Shown here one piece after another: positions 1-10,721 of a stretch of 64,000 bases of DNA (position 1 is its first letter; each line of letters begins with the position of its first letter). Location of the stretch: the NCBI RefSeq assembly GCF_964355755.1, contig NC_092672.1:32494437-32558436 (forward strand), given 5' to 3'. Below the pieces are notes generated by a model that was given only the letters and a program-made list of their open reading frames with translations, was not told the origin of the DNA and made no database searches. Made by a program: the position numbers and the translations under genes. This DNA is from Antedon mediterranea (taxonomy: Eukaryota > Animalia > Echinodermata).

Positions 1-1000
1 CACACTACTTTTGGACACAAAACTATCATTGTAGAACCAGTTGGTAGGTGGTTAAATTGACGTCCTAAAAGGCAATTCCTCACTTGTATTTTAACAACTA
101 TGCGTCAAAAGCATCTTTGTGCCCCGTCGTCGGTTCCCAATTGTGTGTACGCTCAGCTCGCATTAACAGGGAAGAAAGCTGTATATAAAATGTAATCAGT
201 TTTGTAGATTCGACAAAACTGAAAACATTTCCCATCTAGATCAGTGTACAATTTGTTAATAAAAGTTTTAGCATCGGAAACAATTTTGCGACCCATCAAA
301 TTTTTTTTGCGACTCATAGCTTGCAGAAAGGCACTGTAGACTATTTTGGTGGTAATATTTTGTTTTTTTTACAACAAAAATTGTTGTTATTTTACATGAC
401 CTAATATAGTCATATTTGGACAAATACAGGTGGAGAAAATTACCCAGTTTAAACTTGCAGACAAACCCGCCATAGAACAATACAAAGAAACAAATAAAGT
501 ATTCTTTGGGAATATTCATTGCAAATCTGGAAGTAACAAACTATGATCTGCCCTTACACTTACAGCCGAATTGTATGTGGTACGGTATATAAAGCGCTGT
601 CTACACTATCAAACTAGTTTGACAAAAAAAAATAATGTGCCCAAATATGGTAGTGACATGCTCAAATATGGTAGTTATATGATATCACCATGTCTATTTT
701 TGTCACAGAACTTAAAACAAATATTTACTGGGCTTTTATCAAGACAAGGTTCAAAATACAGTCTCCAGATCTGACTTTGGGCTATATTTTGAACCATGCC
801 CATCAGCCTATTAAGAATTTGTATAATAATTAACTTTGATGATAGCTAAATTGGAATTATGTAAATAATAATTCTTTCATGTGGGTTCAAATGGGTTGTT
901 TGATTTTGCTCAATTTCATAACAATATTTGGCTAACTATGCCATTAAAGTAAACATTACCATCTTGTGACAAATCATATTGGATTTAACTGAGTTGGTAG

Positions 1001-1042
1001 ATGGTGTTGCAGCAAAGAGTCAACTGAATCTTCTAAACTAAG
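1001..1042 (+). other. Putative 5'-UTR exon of Ig copy 1
   Basis: Block conserved upstream of copies 1, 3 (8829-8868) and 4 (13571-13612), ending in a donor-like AAG|GTATGT (AAG|GTAAAC in copy 4) and pairing with the acceptor just before the ATG. Confidence 0.6.
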
Positions 1043-1502
1043 GTATGTGCTAACTTTTTACATAAATTATATTAATTATTGTACATCCTTCAAACTTCTA
1101 TTAGTATTACTATTAATAAGGATTCATCATTTAAAAAACTACCTTATTGCTACTAGTGCTACACATTTTTAAAATTGGAAAGAAAAAATACATTAAAATT
1201 GACACAAAATTCAGTTTGATTAGCAACATTTACTGAACTTTCAATATTTTTGATCAACTATTAAAAAAACCCTGTTTTTTATGTCTTAAAACTTTCATAA
1301 AACTGACTTTGAAAGTGGATCAAAGATATAACTCCTATATATATATATATACCCTAACCCTAACCCCCATACTGTACATTATATAGCAAACAAAACATTA
1401 CATACATTTTGTTAAACGAACAGTTTTTGTATATTGGAATAGCCTTTTCAATACATTATTAATAGTAATATTGCATTTTCAGACTACGATCTGAGAGTCA
1501 AA

Positions 1503-2465
1503 ATGAGGAAAGCTAGATGTATATACAGTGTCATACTTATCATTGTACTATTTTGCCAAGAAAGTTGTGCTGTAAGATTTATTTATGAACCAATGGACCA
1601 TTCAACAATAGAAGGAAGAGAAGCATACGTCAATTGTATCTTTACAGATGTCCCAGAAGACATGAAACGCAACTATGATGTCATCTGGACCAAAGATGGG
1701 TACATCATCTGTCAACCAAGAAATGAATTTGACCTGGAACGTATTACTATTCACAATCGATATGACAATGCAAGACACTTTGTGAAGATTGATCCGGTGA
1801 AGAGAGAAGATGCAGGAAGTTACGGTTGTTATTTAAAATATAATGGCAATATTCTGCTTACTTCAGGTATTGGGAAGCTTACTGTGCGTGAAATACCATC
1901 ACAAGAATATCCAATAGTTTAATTTACAAAGTCTGCTTACAAGATTGGAGAAGATGCCTTTGCGACATGTGTATGTGAAAAAACAAATCCTATACCAGAG
2001 TTAAAGTGGGACGCAACATCACAATTTATATTTTCACATGATATTGATAATTTGCCAGTGAATTCAAATGATACACATATTTGGATTGAAGCATCAGAAA
2101 CAGCAACTATCTTTACAAATGCCTTTCACTACGTTTGTGCACTGAAAGTACAAGATGAAGTTGCTCCAAGATATGCTGAAAGTGAACCACTTTATATCGA
2201 ACATTCTTATGATACAATAACTGCCATGAAATCACCAGAAACAAAACCCACACCAGATTTATTATCAACAACAAATACAAAGAAAATTGATCTTAACTAC
2301 TTCCTGATCATAAGCCTAATCTTTACTCTTATGATGTGCCTAATATTAGGTACTAGTGTTTGTTTTCTTTTATATTATAAAAAAGGCACGAACAGTGTGG
2401 TTTACATACCCAAGGATGAGGTAAAATTAATTAAAGTTAAACGTCCTTTAGAAGAAATCAATTGA
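1503..2465 (+). pseudogene. Two-Ig membrane receptor copy 1, split by one in-frame TAA (1920-1922); may encode a secreted 139-aa single-Ig protein
   Basis: ORFs 1503-1922 and 2052-2465 share a frame. The sequence between them translates without stops (FTKSAYKIGEDAFATCVCEKTNPIPELKW) and matches the paralog at 9429. Signal peptide, C..W..DAGSYGC Ig motif, TM ISLIFTLMMCLILGTSVCFLLYY. Acceptor ttttcag ends at 1482. Confidence 0.85.
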
Positions 2466-4270
2466 CTGGATGAAATTTCGAGCAAAAGTCCCTGACAAGC
2501 AGGCTAAGCGATCAAAGCACTTGGCTGGGATGTGCTAGGCGTTCAATGGATTCAACTACAATGATATATTGTTTATGTGATAAAATCATTTTAATATAAG
2601 TTACATGCTAATTTAATTGTTTAATTCTACAATGAACATTTGACCAAAAAAAAAACATAGTATGATAAACTATTTTTAATATATATTTTTAACAATATTG
2701 TACAACTTTGTTATACTTCTAATGTTATAATTCTTTCTTTATTTTAATATTGATACAAAATATTAACAATATATGCTATTAACTTTTAATGTGGCATCGT
2801 TATCGCTAGCTAGGTAGTATAGGCCTACTGTAGGCCTATACACTAGACTATGTGGACTGGGTCATAGGGAGGTAATGCTCCTACCCCGGAATATGTACAT
2901 ACAAATACTGTAGTTTAGTTGATATTTTTGACTATATTTACACAAAATGTTTACTACTGATCTGAAGAAAGAACAATGATTAATTTTAAAATGTCGAGCT
3001 GCGTTTTTTGTAAGAAATATTTCTTGTTTATTTAATATGTTTACTCTGGTAATTCACGCTTCTTTAGTTAAACAAGGCAGTAGAATAGTAGTCAACTAAA
3101 CTTGATGTTATAAAAGGACTTAGTAATTAAAAAACTAAATATTATTTTAAAAGATCACTTCACAATAAATTTGATAAAAGCAGAAGTAGTTACAAAACAA
3201 AACAACTATATTTTTACAATCACATGTTGTTATTTATACTATTATGTGTCACGTTTTTAATTGAATTTAAAATTGATTATAATAATTTTAAATTATTATA
3301 AATCTGCAACTTGACCTTGCTTAGTTAAAGATGTATTGTCTCTTAAAGCACAAAAAATGAAGATCAAAATATTCTAAAATTTAATTGGCCATATCAAAGT
3401 AATATTAAAGTTATTCACTTTAAGTCGAAAATTTGAGCCAGTTATTAACTATTATGATACTTCTTTTTTTCGAAATATTTTTTTTTTTATTTTCTTGGAA
3501 TTGATCAAAGGGACAATACATCTTTAACATTGTTTTGATATAGATATTGTAATGTTAATTTGAATTGTGAGATAATGTCTTTTTATATTGTTCATTGTAC
3601 ATATATTATATCTTATACAAAATTTTATTTGGAATGCTGTGCTGTGGATGTATTAAATTTCAATCCATTTTTAAAATGATTTATATATTACGATACTAAT
3701 ATTTTAATATTACTAATTGGTAATATATTTTGTGTATATTTGTTTGATGTAAAAATTAATAAATAATGGGAATTTAATTTCTATTTTGACGTGAGATGGA
3801 AAAACATTGGTTTTTTTTTTATAAATAGTGAATGTAATCCAACTTTTTGTTTATGAAATGTAGTTGCACATTGTGACTTACGCGGAGTTTTATGAAATTC
3901 TATGATTGATCATAAATCAAAGCCTGAAAGGCATTTTTCACTCAAGCTGAAAAAAAGTGTAATTCATATTTTTTATTTATTATTATTTTTGCTTAAAAAT
4001 TTGGTAAACCACAATAAGTTTCGGGCATCTACAAATTTAAAATGCAGAAAATTAATTTCTAATCAATTAAGATTAATAGCATATTTTAGGGCATTTTGAG
4101 CATTTCAAAATTGTAAAAATGACAACATAGCATGGAAAGACCGTTTTTGCACTTGCTTTTTGTTCTTCATATTGTTCTTGATAATTCCTTTAATTTTCAC
4201 AGCCTAACATTGTGCTCCCTATTTTTTACATTTTCTCCAGGATTACAAAAATAACTGAATTTTGACTGGA

Positions 4271-4385
4271 TTTACAAATGGCTCTCGCTACATTTGTGCA
4301 CTGAAAGTACATGACAAAGTTGCTCCAAGATATTCTGAAAGCGAAGAATATTTTCATGATACAAGTGCCGTGAAATCACCAGAAA
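4271..4385 (+). pseudogene. Isolated fragment of the Ig2 coding sequence inserted in the spacer
   Basis: Reads FTNGSRYICALKVHDKVAPRYSESE...SAVKSPE, matching the Ig2 region of the array genes. Confidence 0.85.
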
Positions 4386-4743
4386 TATGTATATGTGTTG
4401 TTTTCTGTATTAAAATATAAAAAAAAACACAAGCGAATTTACAATATTTAAGTCATTGTGCAACCATCCAACCATGTGGCAAGCGAATTTTGTTAAAAAC
4501 CCCAAGATGGCCGGAAATGGTACCCTCGCACGTACAATTCATGATAAATGATACCTCTAGTTGGGCAAAAATGATACTTCCATAGCAAGCTGGCAATCAG
4601 CAGAACGATCGTAGTATACTTTTTCTGTAGATAAACACACACGACTATATAAACATTTTTGCTATAAAAAAGGGCGGGGGGGGGGGGGGGGGAGGGGAGG
4701 TGGGGTAAGTTTCCCCTTGCTACAGCCTGAACAACATTGCTAA

Positions 4744-5643
4744 AGCCCCTTTCACACAGAGATGTAAGACGGTAATGTTGCGGTAATTCGCGAATGCCAG
4801 CTTATGTGTGAAACAAGTCCGTAGAGGACTTTTATGAGTTATCCTTGGCATCCTTGTTTTATTTTGGTATTTTTATATTTGCCAATTTTAATTGTATGTC
4901 TGTGATATTTTATGTACTGATGCCGAAATAAATCAAATCAAATCAAATCAAAATGCCAGCTTCCGTTAGACCGCCTTTGGACCTAGTAAAATTGCGGTAA
5001 TATTACCATCACGGTCGTAAGCCTGATCTGTGTGAAAGAGTCCACAATATAATGCCTGCTTACGCAGTGAAGCAAGGATAAATTCAGGACATTTTCCTTG
5101 ATTGAGAAAGACTGTGAGTGTGACAATTATTTTAGGCCAAATTATTAGATTATATCCATATTTTTAGGTTAGTTTGTAAATAATACAATGGAAGAATACG
5201 GCCAATAATAATAAAAATATAACAGATGTTGGTCCAAAGATTATTTAACTTGCTGTAACGTACGTATAAAGCCTATAGGCCCTAGTAAGCATAGTTCTAG
5301 CAGGAACATCCTCCGGTGCATGCGCCTGGTGCTAGCTCAAACAGCTTCAGATAATTAAATTCGCGTCTATTTGTAGGCCTAATAGGTTTTGTTTCCAATA
5401 AAACTAAACGACGGACACACAAAACAACATCAGCAAACATGTGCGCGCATGGCATTTTTTTTTTTTTAAAGTGCGACCTCTATTTATGAAGACAGTAATC
5501 TTTAAATATTGCGCCTTTGCACTGTGGCAGTGCAAAAAACAGTAAAATTACCGTAATATTACCTTCTGTGTGAATGGGTCTAGACCGGCAATAACGCCGG
5601 CTTGCTTACCGCAATATTGCCAAACTTCTGTGTGAAAAGGACT
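4744..5643. mobile_element. PIF/Harbinger-like non-autonomous element
   Basis: TIRs AGCCCCTTTCACACAGA / TCTGTGTGAAAAGGACT with TAA duplication at 4741-4743 and 5644-5646. The empty site ttgc-tat-gagtgt is visible in the paralogous spacer near 12500. Confidence 0.85.
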
Positions 5644-5730
5644 TAAGAGTGTAACATCATTTGGGTATGGACCTGTTTCTGTCAAAAAAGAATGGCTTTC
5701 TTTAAAAACAGTTTTTAAAACATGCACAGA

Positions 5731-6435
5731 TTACTGTGCGTGAAATACCATCACAAGAATATCCAATAGTTTAATTTACAAAGACAGCTTACAAGATTGG
5801 AGAAGATGCCTTTGTGACATGTGTATGTGAAAAGACAAATCCTATACCAGAGTTAAAGTGGGACGCAGCATCTCAATTTCTATTTACATATGATAACTGG
5901 CCAATTAAATCAAATAATACACATGTTTGGATTGAAGAATCAGAAACAGCAACAATGTTTACAAATGGCTCTCACTACGTTTGTGAACTGAAAGTACAAG
6001 ATGAAGTTGCTCCAAGATATGCTGAAAGCGAACCACTTTACGTTGAACATTTTCTTGATACTGCCTTGAAATCACCAGAAACAAAACCTGTTACTTCCAG
6101 ACCTGATTTATCGGCAACAAAAAATACAGAAGTATCAGAGACAATTGATCTTAACTACTTCAACACCATAAGCCTAATCATTACTTCTTTGATGTTCTTA
6201 ATATTAGGTATTGCTGTTTGTTTTCTTATATAAAAAATATAAAAAAGGCACAATCAAAGCGAATTACGTACCCCAGGATTCTAAACACGTATAGACGGGC
6301 AATCTGCGCATTACCGACTTGTCCCCCAAAACGATGTAGAAATACACAATACAACAGATGAAACAACAAATTGCGGATATTTCACCGAACTAGGTCCAAA
6401 CTCCCCATAGATTTTAAAATATGCAATGCAAAAAA
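5731..6435 (+). pseudogene. Ig receptor copy 2, 5'-deleted (no signal peptide or Ig1)
   Basis: Homology starts at TTACTGTGCGTGAA (5731). Same TAA as copy 1 (5772-5774), intact Ig2-stalk-TM, stop at 6231-6233 right after the TM, degenerate tail remnant near 6390-6435. Confidence 0.85.
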
Positions 6436-7538
6436 CATTCACTATCACACTCATGACAACCATTTAGAAATTGTATAATGCCCCGGCCTTTTTTGATTTC
6501 AATAATGTATTTTATATTGATTACGTTGTTTATGTTGTGATAACTAATAAGTAAGTTTAATAAGTTTACCTAATTATGTTCTCTTTTCACGTAATGATGG
6601 GGTATGCCCAAACTTAAATTTAAATGGAAGCAGTTTTAACATATTTGATTTTTTTAAATATCTACTAAACTCCCTATGATTTATGTTATCTTTTAATTGT
6701 TTTATTCTACATTGAACATTGGACCTAAAAACATAATGTACATATAGTACACACAGTATGATAAAACCCAAGGAGTTGACTCCCTGGATGAAACAGATTT
6801 TTAAAATTGACTGCACTATTTTGCAACTTGTTTATAGTTATACTTCTATTTGAAGTATTTATTATAAAGTAGACCTACAGAAATTGTTTACATTCTAAGA
6901 TAAATTTTATATTTCGGTAGTATAGAATATTTAATCTAGTTAACTCGAACTATTGTACAAATAGTAACAGTGACGTTTTACAAACTATCCAGGCCAGATA
7001 TTATGGTGATTGCTTGGAGTCGTGGAGCTATTAATAAAACTTTTTTTTATAATCTTTCTTGTAAATTTTATATTATATCTTATGCATAGTTGTTAAGGCC
7101 AATATAGTTTTAATTGAATCGAATTGACTTAAATTGCATTGTGATGTGCGATTTTTATGAAATACTATGATTGATCATAAATAAAAAAACTGATTAAAAA
7201 AATAAACAAATTTTATGTATGTGTTGTTTTCTGCATTAAATATAACAAATAATTACGCTCACACACAAGTGAATTTACGATATTTAAGCCATTGTCTGAC
7301 CATCTGCAGTCATGATTCACCTCTCCTGGTCTCGCTCATAAATAGAGGGCGATGTTGACCTAATTTCTTGTCTAGATCTAGAAAATTCAGATTTCAAGAT
7401 GTAAAGGGATAGGGGATTTTCCAGGTGTTCATTTTATGCTGTAAAGTGAACCCTCACATGTACTCATTAATAAAACATATTACTTCTCTCTTTCTTGATA
7501 ATTTTTATTTGATCATAATATATACTCTTAGTTTTTAA

Positions 7539-8165
7539 AGCCCCATTCCCTACATTTTTTAGATCTAATTTAAGATCACAAACTATATTTGGTAATGTAA
7601 AAATAATACTATATGGTCCTATTGCGATAACTTTTTTCGTCTTTAAACGGTTAAAAATGTGAAAAATAAATCGATTCTAATAATTATAGCGGCCCGCTAT
7701 AAATCCCAAAATGCATTGCGCGCGGATTGATATTTTTGTTTTTCACCTGTAATTCGCCCACTTTTCGATCAATCGTGAAGCCAAAACAAATGGAAGACTC
7801 CTAACTTTTCAGCGAAAATACCTGATTTTCCCCAATTTGTATCAACGGAGTCTGGCAAAAATAGAAAGACAATTAATGCAGCAACTATACAACGTCAGGC
7901 TAGGTATATAGCTAGCGTACGATGTTCGTACGTTATCGATGTTTACCAGCTAGGCCTACAAAACTAAGCCTAGCTAGGCTAGGCCTAAGACTGTCCACGA
8001 GAGGTCGATCGCCGCGAGCTACTTAGGTAGTGCATTGTTTCTCACTTTTTATCATAATTTACCATAAAACGTACATTTAAGACAAGGAATGACATGGTTT
8101 AATGTTTTTAAAGTGATATATGTATTATTTTCCAAAAAACGTCCAAAATTGCAGGGAAGGGGTCT
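7539..8165. mobile_element. Kolobok-like non-autonomous DNA transposon
   Basis: TTAA on both sides (7535-7538, 8166-8169); imperfect ~16-bp TIRs AGCCCCATTCCCTACA / TGCAGGGAAGGGGTCT. Confidence 0.7.
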
Positions 8166-8828
8166 TTAATCTTTCTCAGTTTACTTTAATATTTTGTTTT
8201 TTTACAAAGTTTTATATTTTTATTCACTGTAAACTTGTTGCACATCTCATTGAGATTGTGCCTCTGATATAAATGAGATACAATAAAGTTCAGTTCAGTA
8301 AAAGTATTTCAAATTAACATATCCACCTTGGGTTATATTTTGAACCATTCCTCTAACTCCAGTAAATATTTGTATATGCACAATTGGTAATCATTAGTGA
8401 ATAATATTTTTATGTTAAAATGAGTCAATTGATTTTGTGACTGAATGTTTGGAAGGAAAATTTATAGACTATATAATATATGATTATTATCAGCATTTGA
8501 CAATGGCATTACCTACTGTATCAAGACAAGCATAATAACTGATCATTTAAGGGCCCTCAAAACAAACAATATAATACGATTATTATCACCATTTATAAGG
8601 CCTATAATAAGTAGTATTTTAACATTGCCTTTTGCAATTTGGATGTATTGTTGTTTTATTGCCAAGGAAGAATTTTCATTTTAAAGTGGACCAATAAAAT
8701 TTATTGAATCTTGAATCTATTTTCGCTTTACAATGTCATAAATTATCTTTATTATATTATCATATGACTACAAAGTGTTTGTTATAACATTTATTTATGA
8801 TTTGAGTTTTTAACTTTGAGTTGGTTAG

Positions 8829-8868
8829 ATGTTGTTGCAAAGATTCAACTGCATATTGTAAACTAAAG
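8829..8868 (+). other. Putative 5'-UTR exon of Ig copy 3
   Basis: ttag|ATG...AAAG|GTATGT, homologous to 1001-1042; matching acceptor ttttcag ends at 9403. Confidence 0.6.
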
Positions 8869-9428
8869 GTATGTGTTAACTTTTTACATAATTATATTAA
8901 TTATTGTACACCCTTCTACTTTATCTTACACGTTTTTATGAATTGTTATCAGTAATTACTGCAAAATACAGTGTAGCATTATAAAATTGTAAGGAAAAAT
9001 GCAATACAATGTTTCTATTCACAAAATTCAGTTTGATTACAGTAGCAACATTTTTAATTTAATAAACGAGATGATATCATCAGAAAATTATTATTTTTTT
9101 ACTCAAGTTGATTAGTTGAACTTTCAATATTCTTTTATTTATTTCTGTCTTTCATAAACAATACTGACTGACTTAAATATAGCAAAAAAAACATAAAAAA
9201 ACAGTGCAAAAAATAAATACAAAATATTAACAATAAAGATATTCCATTAAAGGCAAAAGAAATAGAATTTATTTATTTATATTTTTAAAATTTTGTAACA
9301 ACATTATTGTTTTGTATGTTGGTTGGCTTTTTCAATGTATAATAGTCACAGTTACAGTAATAGTTTATTATTAATAATAATATTAATACAATTGCATTTT
9401 CAGAATACAATCCGAGAATAGAGTCAAA

Positions 9429-10721
9429 ATGAGGAAAGTTAGATGTATTATATACAGTAGTGTCATACTTATCATTGTACTATTCTGCCAAGAAAGTTGT
9501 GCTGTGAGATTTGCTTATGAACCAATGGATGATTCAACAGCAGAAGGAACAGAAGTATACATCACTTGTATCTTTAAAGATGTCCCAGAAGACATGAAAC
9601 ATAACTATGAAGTCATGTGGACCAAAGATTGGTACATTATCAGACATCTAAATAATGGATTTGACCTGGAACGTATTACTATTCACAATCGATATGACTA
9701 TGACAAACACTTTGTGAGGATTCATCCAGTCAAGAGAGAAGATGCAGGAAGTTACCGTTGTTATTTAAAATACCATGGTAATATTCTGCTTACTTCAGGT
9801 ATTGGGGAGCTTACTGTGCGTGAAATACCATCACAAGAATATCCAATAGTCCAATTTACAAAGACAGCTTACAAGATTGGAGAAGATGCCTTTGCGACTT
9901 GTGTGTGTGAAAAGACAAACCCTGAACCAAAGTTAAAGTGGGATGCAACATCACAATTTCTATTTTCAGATGATAACTGGCAAGTTCAATCAAATAATAC
10001 ACATATTTGGATTGAAGAATCAGAAACGGTAACTGATTCTACAAATGGCTCTCGCTACGTTTGTAGACTGAAAGTACAGGATGAAGTTGCTCCTAGATAT
10101 GCTGAAAGCGAACCACTTTACGTTGAATCCCATAAAACAACAACTTCCGTGAAATCACCAGAAACAAGACCTGTTACCTCCATACCTGCTTCAACGGCAA
10201 CAAATACAAAAGTATCAGAGAGAATTGATTCTAACTACTTCAAGACCATAATCTTTACTCTTTTGATGTTCTTAATATTCGGTATTATTTTTTGTTTTAT
10301 TTTATATAAAAATAAAAAAGGCACGTATAAAGAGAAGGTCAAAACTCAGGAAGAGGAAGAATTAATGCCAATAAAGAATACCAATATCAAACACAAGCAG
10401 ATCATACTTGGCCCTGGCCCCCCACTAAATTTAGAAACATACAATACAAAAGATAAAATAACAAATAAATTAACAATTTGTAGGCACTGTCCCTTTACAC
10501 TAAATCCTGGATCTTCCACCGCTACAACTGACCGGATCATACTTGGTCCAGGACCCCCCATAGATTTTACAATATTCAATGGAAAAAATGGGGCATCTAA
10601 ATTCATATTATTTACACCCTGTCCTTCTACCCAATATCAAAATCATGAATTATCTGCCAATGCCAATACCACTTCAACGCTGAGGCATCGGATTAAACGT
10701 CCTTTAGAAGAAATCGTATGA
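9429..10721 (+). CDS. Full-length type I membrane IgSF protein (signal peptide, V-type Ig, C2-like Ig, mucin-like stalk, TM, ~135-aa tail), single coding exon
   Basis: 430-aa ORF. Ig1 YITC..VMW..EDAGSYRC; Ig2 TCVCEKTNPEPKLKW..YVC; sequons NNT and NGS; TM IIFTLLMFLIFGIIFCFILY followed by KNKK; tail with two IILGPGPP repeats ending KRPLEEIV. Confidence 0.92.
   Translation: MRKVRCIIYSSVILIIVLFCQESCAVRFAYEPMDDSTAEGTEVYITCIFKDVPEDMKHNYEVMWTKDWYIIRHLNNGFDLERITIHNRYDYDKHFVRIHPVKREDAGSYRCYLKYHGNILLTSGIGELTVREIPSQEYPIVQFTKTAYKIGEDAFATCVCEKTNPEPKLKWDATSQFLFSDDNWQVQSNNTHIWIEESETVTDSTNGSRYVCRLKVQDEVAPRYAESEPLYVESHKTTTSVKSPETRPVTSIPASTATNTKVSERIDSNYFKTIIFTLLMFLIFGIIFCFILYKNKKGTYKEKVKTQEEEELMPIKNTNIKHKQIILGPGPPLNLETYNTKDKITNKLTICRHCPFTLNPGSSTATTDRIILGPGPPIDFTIFNGKNGASKFILFTPCPSTQYQNHELSANANTTSTLRHRIKRPLEEIV

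Noticed and set aside
180-520. Decayed hAT-like transposase on the minus strand (also 12850-13330)
   Set aside because: Only a vague SRW-type resemblance across several stops; cannot be supported without a search
571-774. Recurrent small ORFs with PKYGSDM or LPYLGISL motifs (also 19299, 22672, 35653, 42800, 44963, 54981, 59257)
   Set aside because: They are translations of the 21-bp internal repeat of the common MITE
1337-1368. Telomeric repeat (CCCTAA)
   Set aside because: Only about two and a half units next to (TA)n; too short to mean anything
2385-2415. ITIM in the copy 1 tail (SVVYIPK)
   Set aside because: Y+3 is Lys, not I/L/V
3902-4099. Duplicated 62-65-aa ORF (also 12129-12317)
   Set aside because: Lies in the near-identical spacer, ends differ by a frameshift, no protein features
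4671-4705. G-quadruplex regulatory element
   Set aside because: Simple poly-G run absent from the paralogous spacer; length unreliable in assemblies
10346-10606. Antisense ORFs over the Ig tails (also 15545-15865)
   Set aside because: Shadow frames of the + strand coding sequence
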